A DNA stretch of 56,576 nt, counting the filler, from Sphacelaria rigidula (taxonomy: Eukaryota), in the NCBI GenBank assembly GCA_964200075.2. It is 7 parts of 7 records of this genome, joined end to end, with 100 filler letters (N's around TTAATTAATTAA, not from the genome) between each part and the next. Parts side by side here need not be neighbours in the genome. Positions count along the whole stretch, not along the records: positions 8,098 to 16,094 come from CAXNAA020012703.1; positions 16,195 to 24,191 come from CAXNAA020012704.1; 5 more parts are not named here. One strand, 5' to 3'. The stretch's first letter is position 1. Every line of letters begins with the position of its first letter. The position numbers and the translations under genes were made by a program. The notes below the pieces were generated by a model. The model made no database searches. It was not told the DNA's origin and worked only from the letters and a program-made list of their open reading frames with translations. Positions 11,547 to 21,424 of this stretch are shown in pieces.

Positions 11547-13775
11547 GTGGCGGGAAGCACGAAGGCGGAATTCTGCTCCAAGCATGCCAGGGCGAGAATG
11601 GTGAACGTAAGAAGCAAGATATGCGGCTACAAGGGCTGCTCCGCGCAGCCGTCGTATGGTGCGGCGGGAAGCACGAAGGCGGAGGTTTGCTCCAAGCATA
11701 CCAGGGCGGGAATGGTGAATGTGGTGAGTAAGATGTGTGGCTACAAGGGCTGCTCTACGCTGCCGTCGTATGGTGTGGCTGGAAGCAGAAAGGCGGAGGT
11801 CTGCTTCGAGCATACCAGGACAGAAATGGTGCGTGTAAGAATCAAGATGTGCGGCTACGAGGGCTGCTCCACGCTGCCGTCGTATGGTGTAGCGGGAAGC
11901 AAGAAGGCGGAGTTTTGCTCCAAGCATGCCGGGGCGGGAATGGTGAACGTGGTAAGTAAACGGTGCGGCTATGAGAGCTGCTCTACCCGTCCGTCGTATG
12001 GTGTGGCGGGAAGTACAAGGGGAGAGTTTTGCTTCAAGCATTCCAGGACGGGAATGGTGCGTGTAAGAATCAAGATATGCGGCTACGAGGGCTGCTCCAC
12101 GCGGCCGTCGTATGGTGTGGCGGGAAGCAAGAAGGCGGAGTTTTGCTCCAAGCATGCGAGGGCGGGAATGGTAAATGTGACGCACAAAATATGCGGTTAT
12201 GAGGGCTGCTCTACGCTGCCGTCGTATGGTGTGGCGGGAAGCAAGAAGGCGGAGGTCTGCTCCAAGCATGCCAGGGCGGGAATGGTGGACGTGGTAAGTA
12301 CGATGTGCGGCTATGAGGGCTGCTCTACGCAGCCGTCGTACGGTGTGGCGGGAAGTACAAGGGGAGAGTTTTGCTCCAAGCATGCCAGGACGGGAATGGT
12401 GAATGTGGTGGGTAAAATGTGCGGCTACGAGGGCTGTTCCACGCAGCCGTCGTATGGTGTGGCAGGAAGCAAGAAGGCGGAGTTTTGCTCCAAGCATGCC
12501 AGGACGGGAATGGTGAATGTGGTGAGTAAGAGGTGCGGCTACGAGGGCTGCTCCACCCAGCCGTCGTTTGGGGTGGCAGGAAGCAAGAAGGCGGAGTTTT
12601 GCTCCAAGCATGCCCGGGCGGGAATGGTGAATTTGAAGCACAAAATATGCGGCTATGAGGGCTGCACTACGCTGTCGTCATATGGTGTGGCGGGAAGCAG
12701 AAAGGGGGAGGTCTGCTTCAAGCATACCAGGACGGGAATGGTGCGTGTAAGAATCAAGATGTGCGGCTACGAGGGCTGCTCCACGCAGCCGTCGTATGGT
12801 GTGGCGGGAAGCAGAAATGCGGAGTTTTGCTCCAAGCATGCCGGGGCGGCAATGGTCAATGTGGTGAGTAAACGGTGCGGCTATGAGGGCTGCTCTACGC
12901 AGCCGTCGTATGGTGTGCCGGGCAGCACAAGGGGAGAGTTTTGCTTCAAGCATGCCAGGACGGGAATGGTGAATGTGGTGGGTAAAATGTGCGGCTATGA
13001 GGGCTGCTCCACGCAGCCGTCGTATGGTGTGGCAGGAAGCAATAAGAGGGAGTTTTGCTCCAAGCATGCCAGGGCGGCAGTGGTCAACGTGGTGAGTAAG
13101 AGGTGCGGCAAGAAGGGGCGTTCCAATCCACGTGTCGACAGGGAGGACACCTTCGTTGAGGACACGCTTTGCCAACAGCATGCTAGTGCACACAGCACAG
13201 CTACGAGTTTCGATACCACGAAGCTCAACACTGGTGAGGCCACCCTCGACCGTAGCGCAACAGAGGGTAATGGAGGAAGCGTTGCTGATGTACGAGGAGT
13301 GAAGCGCAAGCGCGCAGCCCTCTTGGGTCCTGGTGCAAACGACAGCACAGGTGCTCGTCGTAGTTTGTGCGCCGGTTCCAGGCAGGGGAAGATACTATCC
13401 CTCTCGGGACGTCCACCCTTGCTCCCGGGACACCCACCTTCGAGGGCTGATGATGAGGTGTCTTTGCGGGCAGGAGCAAGAGCAGGAATGAAGGTAGAGC
13501 TGGCAGTCCCGTCTCCTACACACGGTGACGATGGGAAAAGGAAGAGTGGCGAGCAGGCTGCCCTGTCGAGCGACTGGAGCAGCGAACGTGGTAGTGGTGG
13601 ATTTATCAGCAGTTGTGGCGGGGGAACGGGGGGGCTCCGTTGTTCGCCGGCTGTGGTACCTGGATGCATGGACACATCTGATGATGTGGCTTTTGAAGGA
13701 GAAGATGAGGATTCGAACGTGAAGTTGGAGCTAGGAGTGCATAGTCCTTCTCCTCGGACGTCCGATACATGGTAG
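11547..13775 (+). CDS. EsV-1-7 cysteine-repeat protein: 13 complete 38-aa CCCH repeats plus a ~200-aa disordered tail; 5' end damaged
   Basis: Unit CGYEGCSTQPSYGVAGSKKAEFCSKHARAGMVNVVSKR matches the EsV-1-7 repeat pattern of brown algae and their phaeoviruses. The ORF-track start is GTG and the first in-frame ATG is at 11598. An in-frame TAA lies just upstream at 11541. Confidence 0.85.
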   Translation: MAGSTKAEFCSKHARARMVNVRSKICGYKGCSAQPSYGAAGSTKAEVCSKHTRAGMVNVVSKMCGYKGCSTLPSYGVAGSRKAEVCFEHTRTEMVRVRIKMCGYEGCSTLPSYGVAGSKKAEFCSKHAGAGMVNVVSKRCGYESCSTRPSYGVAGSTRGEFCFKHSRTGMVRVRIKICGYEGCSTRPSYGVAGSKKAEFCSKHARAGMVNVTHKICGYEGCSTLPSYGVAGSKKAEVCSKHARAGMVDVVSTMCGYEGCSTQPSYGVAGSTRGEFCSKHARTGMVNVVGKMCGYEGCSTQPSYGVAGSKKAEFCSKHARTGMVNVVSKRCGYEGCSTQPSFGVAGSKKAEFCSKHARAGMVNLKHKICGYEGCTTLSSYGVAGSRKGEVCFKHTRTGMVRVRIKMCGYEGCSTQPSYGVAGSRNAEFCSKHAGAAMVNVVSKRCGYEGCSTQPSYGVPGSTRGEFCFKHARTGMVNVVGKMCGYEGCSTQPSYGVAGSNKREFCSKHARAAVVNVVSKRCGKKGRSNPRVDREDTFVEDTLCQQHASAHSTATSFDTTKLNTGEATLDRSATEGNGGSVADVRGVKRKRAALLGPGANDSTGARRSLCAGSRQGKILSLSGRPPLLPGHPPSRADDEVSLRAGARAGMKVELAVPSPTHGDDGKRKSGEQAALSSDWSSERGSGGFISSCGGGTGGLRCSPAVVPGCMDTSDDVAFEGEDEDSNVKLELGVHSPSPRTSDTW

Positions 13776-15627
13776 ATGGCACCATTCCTTGTACCGCTCT
13801 CGTTGCTCAGATGGCCCATGTATTTCGGTCTATCGGTGTGTGCTCACGTATGTTGTGAGCGGTCAGAAACGATCATTGGTCGTCGCGGTGTCTTCTCGTC
13901 CACAATGCGAGGCAGTGCTTGAGTTTGATGGGGTGCTGATATAACGGGTTTCCCCAGATTTTAGAGTCTGGCGTTCGATCGAGAGTAAGGACCCAAGAAA
14001 TATGAATTCCTGATCAATTCATTCATTGACTGGTGTCTGTTGGGGGATACTTCATCGAGTCAGGCTAGGGCAGGCTTGAATGAGAGCGCTTCGCCGTGGG
14101 ATGAATCGAATGTATACTCTGATCGCATTGGCCTCGTCAACATGCATATATACAGAACTGTGGATTTCCAGAATTGGTCGATTCATGTCTGCAATAGTTT
14201 TGGTTCCAACATGCTCGTCTAGGCCTCATATGCTTCGTGTTCCAGCTTGCCACTGGAGGCTCTGATATCCCCGGGTAGGATCTCGTCGTGGAGCTGTAAG
14301 TACACGACATCGTCACAGGCAACAATATACATAGAGCGTGAACAAATGTTCAAGTTCGAGGTAATCATCAAACTCGCTCTCGCGATCAACTCTCGACCCC
14401 CAATGTGGCGAAACGCGGTTATATCACGACGCCACGTTCCACCAGATTCTCGTCGAGGCGCAGTCGTCATACCTGTGTGGACCATATCTTTAGGTGGCAG
14501 TTTTACGGAGGGCTAGGGAGCGTGTATGTACCATAGTTGTAGGCCACCTGATTCACTGGGGTCCCACTGTGTGATTTGTGACGTGTTTGTTCTGGCTGGT
14601 GGTACAATCGTACTTTTTACACTTCATCTCCTCATAGGGTCGTTACCTAGATAAACAGCACGTGGGGCATATTCCATATACCATGGAACTCCACGTCAGA
14701 GCGTTTGTTTTGTACCATACGGATATACCAGACTGTGCCTCAGGATTCGTGCTGTATAATTGGACATGACACTCTAATTGCGAAAATTGGGAGGACACCA
14801 TGATGCCACCTCGCCACTGTGATCAAACCGGTACACCTCACAACCTCTTACAGTGGAACTGAATATCCTAATCCATCTCAATCTGCGGATGACTGGACAC
14901 GCAAGATGTAGACGACAGTGGGCGCAATATGCGGTTGTGTGTCACTCACGTTGACGGCATGACAGTGCGGTGATGCGCTGGCCCTCGACAATCGCACACT
15001 GACAACCCGGATGGTATAAAGTGTTCGGATTCACTTATACCCCCTCGGTCTTGAAAACAATATGAACAAGCTTGGGAGAAAACGCAGTCTGACTCCAGCT
15101 CTTTTCTTTATTTTCTGAACAGTATTATTTTTCTTCGGTTCCGTCGCTTTCTACCGATCCACCCCAGACGGAGGTTTTGCAAGCTTCCCACAAAACATGG
15201 TTCTCCCACCCCAGCAATAACATCTCGAAATCACCGCCGTCACTTGGATCCTCCGATCAAAAGCTTTCCTATCTTCAGTTGGAGCATGTCTGCTGCTGGT
15301 GGTGCCTCCCAGTGGCCAAAGCCCAGGAATTTCAACGTTTGGAATAAGGTGCGGTGATTTGGTATCCCAGGGACCTACTTTCCCCAAAGCTGTGTTTTCC
15401 CATACGGTCAAAACATGTCGGATATCGGAATGCAATTTGTTTGGCGTGTCGTAGTTGCCATTAGCTCCGCGTAGGTGCAATAATGCAATCATATTCTGAA
15501 GACATGTGAGTGTGGATACGAATAATTCTGTATCCGGGTTATCGTCTTATGCAACGTTCCATTCTCAATCTTGACGATCGACTGTTGACAGTGGATTCTC
15601 GAAAATGGGGTTGAAAAAACAAATGAG

Positions 15628-15968
15628 GTTCAACTCAAACGCCGTGCTTTCCCTGACATAAATTCATGAAAAATGACTTTAATATGGACGACCTCATCCC
15701 TCCCGACCCCCGTGAAACTATTTTGGGGGATTTCTAGCCTTCCGTTCCCCCAAAGGGTACCTGCGAAAGCACGATGTTTTGGCCCCAAAAAGTCATTTTT
15801 CCACCCAAAAATCGAGGCAAAAGAGTGCTTTCGCACATATCCAATGGGGAACGGAAGGCTAGGAACCCCCCGAAATCGTTTCTGGGAGGTCGGGGAGGAT
15901 GAGATCGTCCGTATGAAAGCCATTTGTCATGAATTTAGGTCAGGGAAAGCACGGCTTTTGAGTTGAAC
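15628..15968. mobile_element. Foldback-type MITE with very long TIRs
   Basis: GTTCAACTCAAACGCCGTGCTTTCCCTGAC...GTCAGGGAAAGCACGGCTTTTGAGTTGAAC; the arms stay complementary for well over 100 bp. Confidence 0.75.
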
Positions 15969-17198
15969 TGTCATGGTACGATACTTAACACCTGGAACAG
16001 TAGTTTCGTGAGATTGAGAGTGGATGGTGCGATTGAGAGTAGGCTTTTCAAGGCTTTCTGCGGCGGGTTGTGCCTGCATTAATGGACACAACGCNNNNNN
16101 NNNNNNNNNNNNNNNNNNNNNNNNNNNNNNNNNNNNNNTTAATTAATTAANNNNNNNNNNNNNNNNNNNNNNNNNNNNNNNNNNNNNNNNNNNNAAAGTC
16201 ATTTGTTTCGGGTCTGACTCTGAATCTGAAACTACGTTCTGAATCTCACGAATATAGTGTTCCCTCTGGATCCCGACGAGAACAATGTGCCACACGCCAG
16301 TTGAGGGGGATGTATGAGAGATTAAAGACTTGTGGAGACCTTTTTGACTTTCGGAGTGGAAAAAGATACGTATGGTGGTGACCTAACTGTTGCTGGTGTG
16401 GCGCAAAGGAGTCCGTCCATGCTGCAATCTGGAGCACACGCTGGTCGCGTGAACACCTAGCTCGGTGCAGTACGAGTAGCTTTCCAGAATTATTCCGATG
16501 TGAGGAGGTCATGCATTACAAACTGGGACGAGAGTGCTCTATGATTAACCACTTGTCATTGCATTTGAGACCCACGCCATCAACCGCCTACAGCAAAGGC
16601 CTTGTAGCTTTCACGCAACGCTGTCGGTTGTACGGCAGGCAAACCCAATCACAGCTAGCTTTCGTTGCTACGGTACATACTCCCGACCGAAGTTCGCAAC
16701 GGGTATGAAGGTTAATCAGTTGATTTTTCTCAACTTCATCCACCCAATTTAAACCACTCTCAAGACCTGAGGGAAGGTGGCCGCTTAGGGTCCGGCTAAA
16801 CATGCGGAGATACCGTCGAACAGCAATACCAAACTTTTCTGGGATTGGCACCAGGCAGTCCGTGGAGAAGGGAACATAAATCGACAGATTACCGTTCGTA
16901 TTAGAAAACAATGCGCATGAAACGCTTTGCAGGTTGGAAGACACGCATTTTCATAGAGAAACAACTCTCGGCACCCCCATTAGTGTCCTATGCGGTCGTA
17001 AACACTCTACTATCCTTCATTAATACCTGGCGGGGGGACAGGGAAGCCGTCCACCCAATCAAGTGGAACAAGGATACTGGATCGGGATCGAAAGCAGCAG
17101 CCATCGACTCGACAACTCTCCTTACCGGCAGCGTTTTCACGAGGTGACGAAATTTCAACAAAAACGCGATCATATCAACAGCATATATATATATATAT

Positions 17199-17512
17199 AA
17201 CAATTATTTCGTGAGATTGAGAAAAGAACGCTGAATGACGAGGGATTTTATCGTACGCGTCAACTCACTTGGCCATTTTTTCATTCTGTGTGTGCTTTTC
17301 TTTGCCTCCATCACTGACTGGCGTGTGCTTACAGCTACACGTCGATATCCTACTCAGGGATATCAAGGGCTTCAGCGGCAAGCTACGGCAGAATGCATAT
17401 CGGGCCTCGTGCCCTGGAGGGGTATCTCAGAACTGAAACTATTCATTCCTTCATTGACCGCTTTTCACTCTCAATCGTATCCTCTATTCTCAATCTCACG
17501 AAAATATTATTA
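17199..17512. mobile_element. ~300-bp MITE with a TTTCGTGAGATTGAG TIR
   Basis: Inverted ends. Further copies lie at 17985-18290, ~19955-20055 (partial, inverted) and 40485-40750 (inverted, cut by the contig end). Confidence 0.75.
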
Positions 17513-17631
17513 ACACGTATATATACTTCAGTCGTCATCATTTAAAAACAAGGAAACCAAACGCACAGGATAGTGTTTACATCGATATGCAAGGCCGACA
17601 GGTAAAGCAGAGACCACACCGGCAGCCCAAC

Positions 17632-18326
17632 CCTTTTACCCGTCGGACGGCGCATGAGCTACTCCAAGATATCTAATCGAACAGGACACTCGGATCCGTT
17701 GTCAAAAAACACAACAAACGTGACAGCGGGGTCAGAGAAGCCAAAGCGCTACCTTTTTGCTCTACTCCACGTGCTCGGCCTCCAGCACTGGGGAACACAT
17801 TAACCCTTTTGGAACCCATTAACGAGTTTTGTTTTGTGAATCGGCATCAGTCATTCCCAAGTCAAAATGGTGCCGATTCACAAAAACAAGAACCGTCAGT
17901 GGGTTCCAAAAGGGTTGAGGAACACGGGGCCAAATGAGCTAGCTCATGATCCGAATCACTACACTGAGAAAAAATACTCCTAGGAACAACATTTTCGTGA
18001 GATGAAGAGTAGAGCGCTTATCGAGAGTGGCTTTGATCATCTGGTTTAACTTAGCCAATGCTTCATTCCGTGTGTGCTTTTCTTTGCTTCCATCACTGGC
18101 GTGTGCTGGCAGCTACACGTTGATATCCTACTCAGGGATATCAAGGGCCTCAGTGGCAAGCCACTACAGAAAGCATATATCGGGCCTCGTGGAGGGACAT
18201 TTCGGAGCTGAAACGATTTATTTACTAGTTGACCGCTTTTCACTCTGTATCAACCGCATCCTCTACTCTCAATCTCACGAGAACAATGTTGAAGGTAGCT
18301 TATGAGCTGTCCGACGTGTGAAAAGT
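17632..18326. mobile_element. MITE (CACACGTCGGACAG TIR family) hosting two nested MITEs
   Basis: Ends TTTTACCCGTCGGACGGCGCATGAGCT and GAGCTGTCCGACGTGTGAAAAG. An uninterrupted relative lies at ~18900-19152. Confidence 0.6.
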
Positions 18327-18648
18327 TGTACACCTATTAATACTTAAACCACCCCCTTGCCGGACTAATGATCTCTCGTATCGCAAAGGGCTTTTACAGC
18401 TCTCTCTCCGCGGTACTCAAAATCGACGTCTCGCCGGATCAAATGAACCATACTCCATACAAGAAGAGCTAAACAACAAACAGCCTTGACTATCAAATCA
18501 ACCCTTCGACCGCGAGGGTAGTAAGTTGTCCACGTGGATCATGCATACTCTTCAAGAGAAATTGATGCCGATTCAACAGATGGCCTACTCTCTCGCCGTC
18601 GAAGGGTTTAAGGCAAATTTCAATCCGCATCTCGACGACGAGCATCCG

Positions 18649-18771
18649 TCAGTCCGTCGTAACGGCCTTCGCCAAGTTTCTGGGGGTATCCGGGTTGATT
18701 CCTCTCGCTACGGCCAGTTCATATGCGATCAGCTGCAACGGTAGGACAGCGATGAGCGCCGTCAAAATGCC
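18649..18771 (-). CDS. glmS: Last exon of glutamine:fructose-6-phosphate aminotransferase (GFAT/GlmS, C-terminal SIS domain)
   Basis: [40 protein letters not shown] matches the conserved GlmS C-terminus (PLQLxAY...PRNLAKSVT). It is preceded by the acceptor CCTTTTGCAG. Confidence 0.9.
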   Translation of the reverse strand, partial: GILTALIAVLPLQLIAYELAVARGINPDTPRNLAKAVTTD

Positions 18772-20929
18772 CTGCAAAAGGTAGATCCACCAGAAGAGTA
18801 ACGGAGGATAAAAAATAAAACGAAATGCAAGGATAACTATGTTAGTAACCGATGAACCGATGTTGTTCAGGAAGTCGTGCATCTTTCCCTCCTAAGTTAG
18901 CACACGTCGGACAGATCATGATCTGTCTGGAACAAATAATCAGAGAAGACTCTAGAATATGTTGGTGTAAAAACACGAAATATGTGATCGCGGAGTCAGG
19001 AAAGCCAAAGCGCAACCTTTGCACTACTCGGCATGCTCAGCGTCCGGCGCTGTAAAGAGTAGACGCGCAAAAACGGAGTCCAAACGTTCCGGATCAACAT
19101 ACCGGAAAAAATAATTTTCGGACAGATCATGATCTGTTCGACGTGTGAAAGTTAGGACCACAATATTGACGGAGGATCAAGCAAAACAAATGGACGACAG
19201 GAATCTTGTGAGCAAATAATGGGAGCCATGTTGTCGGGAATACAGTGCGATTTCCTAACAAGTACACGACCATCTTCCAAGTGCACGGGAAGCAAACAGG
19301 GTGTTATCCAACATAATCGCGAGCGTTGGGTGACCGGCGGCGTGAAGGAAGGAAGAGAGCAAATCATAGCAGATCATGGAGCTGAGAACATGCGGAAAAG
19401 TAATAGCAGCGCTGCTTCGGATGCATACTCTATTTTTCGGTCAGCTCGATTCCACGCGTTGCTTATTGCTTGCTGTTGCTGTCTTCACATTGTATACCAT
19501 TCCGATATCTGTGCAGTACTCTGCACTGGGCATCTGATGCGGACGCCTTCCGTGCTCACAGGCAAACTACCCAATATAGGGTAAAATAAAATAAATAAAT
19601 CAGAGAATGAAATCGGACCCAGATGAAATCACACAGATGCAATACAAAAAAAACAGGAAACGAATAAATAAAAAATAATAATATCAATAACATAAAAGGA
19701 AAAAGAAGGGCAATACCGGTAACCTCCTAGGTTCCGATGTCGCAGGCTACCATTCGGGCTACTGGAGGCTTGCATACGATAATGATTGATTGATTGATTG
19801 GTTGTCGCACTTTAACCGACCCTCCAGGGATCCAGCCGTGGTCACATCGATAGATGTACCCGATAATATCAGCACTATACGTTAGTCTGAAGTGAGAGAG
19901 CTCATCCCTCCTGAGATCGGAGAGGACTAAGCGAGGGTGAGCTTCGATAAAAAATGTTTTCGTGATATAGAGCCCAGGATGCGATTGACAGTGAGAGGCG
20001 GTCAATGAAAGGGTGAAGTGTTTCAGTTCCGAAGTGCCCCTCCACGAGGCCGTGCGTGCAAATAGGGGGTTCACCCCTGATTACTAGGAGTCTAGTTTCA
20101 AAACGGTCGTGATGGTTTATTGGCGGAAAAGACGTTTGAAGGGTTGCTTCTTGACCAAATACAGCATGGCAACAACTTTCGCAACTAGATAGTACTTCTG
20201 ACACGGTCCCAACAACCAAGATTCAGACTATGTGACAAAAAAGCTTTGCTTCATCGTCATCAAATTTCAGACGTCCCGCATTTCCGGATTCTATCCGCTC
20301 AAGGCTGACAGTGAAGATCGAAATCTTCCCCCGTATGACACCACTAGAGCAATCCAATGAGCGCTAGCCGGGGGGGATTCTCGAGTCGCCACGAAAATCG
20401 TCCAGTTGTCGGGAAAACGCACGTATTTTTCCCGAAAACGCACGTATTTTTCCCGACAAGTCGAAGTTTTTATAGGTGACTGAAATAATCCAGAATCCGG
20501 CCAAGGGTAAAACTGGGAATACGCAAGATCGGACAAGCGCGCTGGAATCCTCGTGAAAAATATAGCAAATCTTTCCGAGGAGGCCAAATCCGCCAATAAT
20601 CCGTGATGAAAGGTTCAAAAGGGCAGTTCTCAGAGAGATTTTTTTTCAGTCTATAAGAAGCGGTCTGACAGAAAAGAAATGATATTTTGGTAAAAATGAG
20701 AATGAAAATACTAATACGAGAGGGAACATGAAAACTATTGCCACGCATGGGCTGTTCGTCATTCATCATCCTCACAATCTCACCATATGTATATATATAT
20801 ATATATATTCGTCCAAACGTTTTGCCGCCAGTGTACGGTAGGTCATCTGTCGAATCGGCATCACTTTCACACTTTTGTAAACTACTGCATAACATAGATA
20901 TCGTCTGCCCTAGGGGTGCAGCAGAGTCA

Positions 20930-21089
20930 GGCCGTGTCTGATCAAATTGTTTTTGACTCGAAAACGTACGGTGGAATCATTCATGTTCTCAACCATCTGA
21001 GAAACTTAGTAGGGTGGACGAATCAGAAACGAGCGAATTCGATTCGACCGCACGTTCTCGACACCAAAACAGTTTGTTAAGACATGGCC
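20930..21089. mobile_element. Tourist-like (PIF/Harbinger) MITE
   Basis: GGCCGTGTC...GACATGGCC ends, 3-bp TSD TCA, and a relative at ~22180-22380. Confidence 0.6.
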
Positions 21090-21090
21090 T

Positions 21091-21424
21091 CAGTAGAGTT
21101 ACCCGGCGTTGGGCTACAATATGTCCATGGTTGATATTACTTGATTCGGGTGTCATCAACGAGAATCGGATCTTCAATGGGGCTTACAGTCCGGTGTGCT
21201 CCTACTAGTGTGTGTAGAGCGCGTTTTTCGTTCAAATCGGCGCCGCAGGCGTTGATTTGGGGTCTACCAAGGCCTCACTTTGCTTGGGGGGCCCAATGTA
21301 CCTCTCTTACCCGACGGTTCTCCCCGTACCTTGGGTTGGGGTTAGGGTTAGGGTTAGGAGTAGCGACAGTGGTGACATGTGTCAACCATGAACATATTTT
21401 AGCACAACGCCGGTTAACCCACCT
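21091..21424. mobile_element. MITE with an internal (TTAGGG)n tract
   Basis: Imperfect ~45-bp TIR (CAG...CCGGCGTTGGGCTACAATATGTCCATGGTTGA / TCAACCATGAACATATTTTAGCACAACGCCGG...CTG), with TTGGGTTGGGGTTAGGGTTAGGGTTAGG at ~21331-21358. Confidence 0.65.

Noticed and set aside
11547-13775. Integrated phaeovirus (EsV-1-like provirus)
   Set aside because: No capsid, polymerase, ATPase or gene-dense viral context was seen, and the flanks are host-type TEs.
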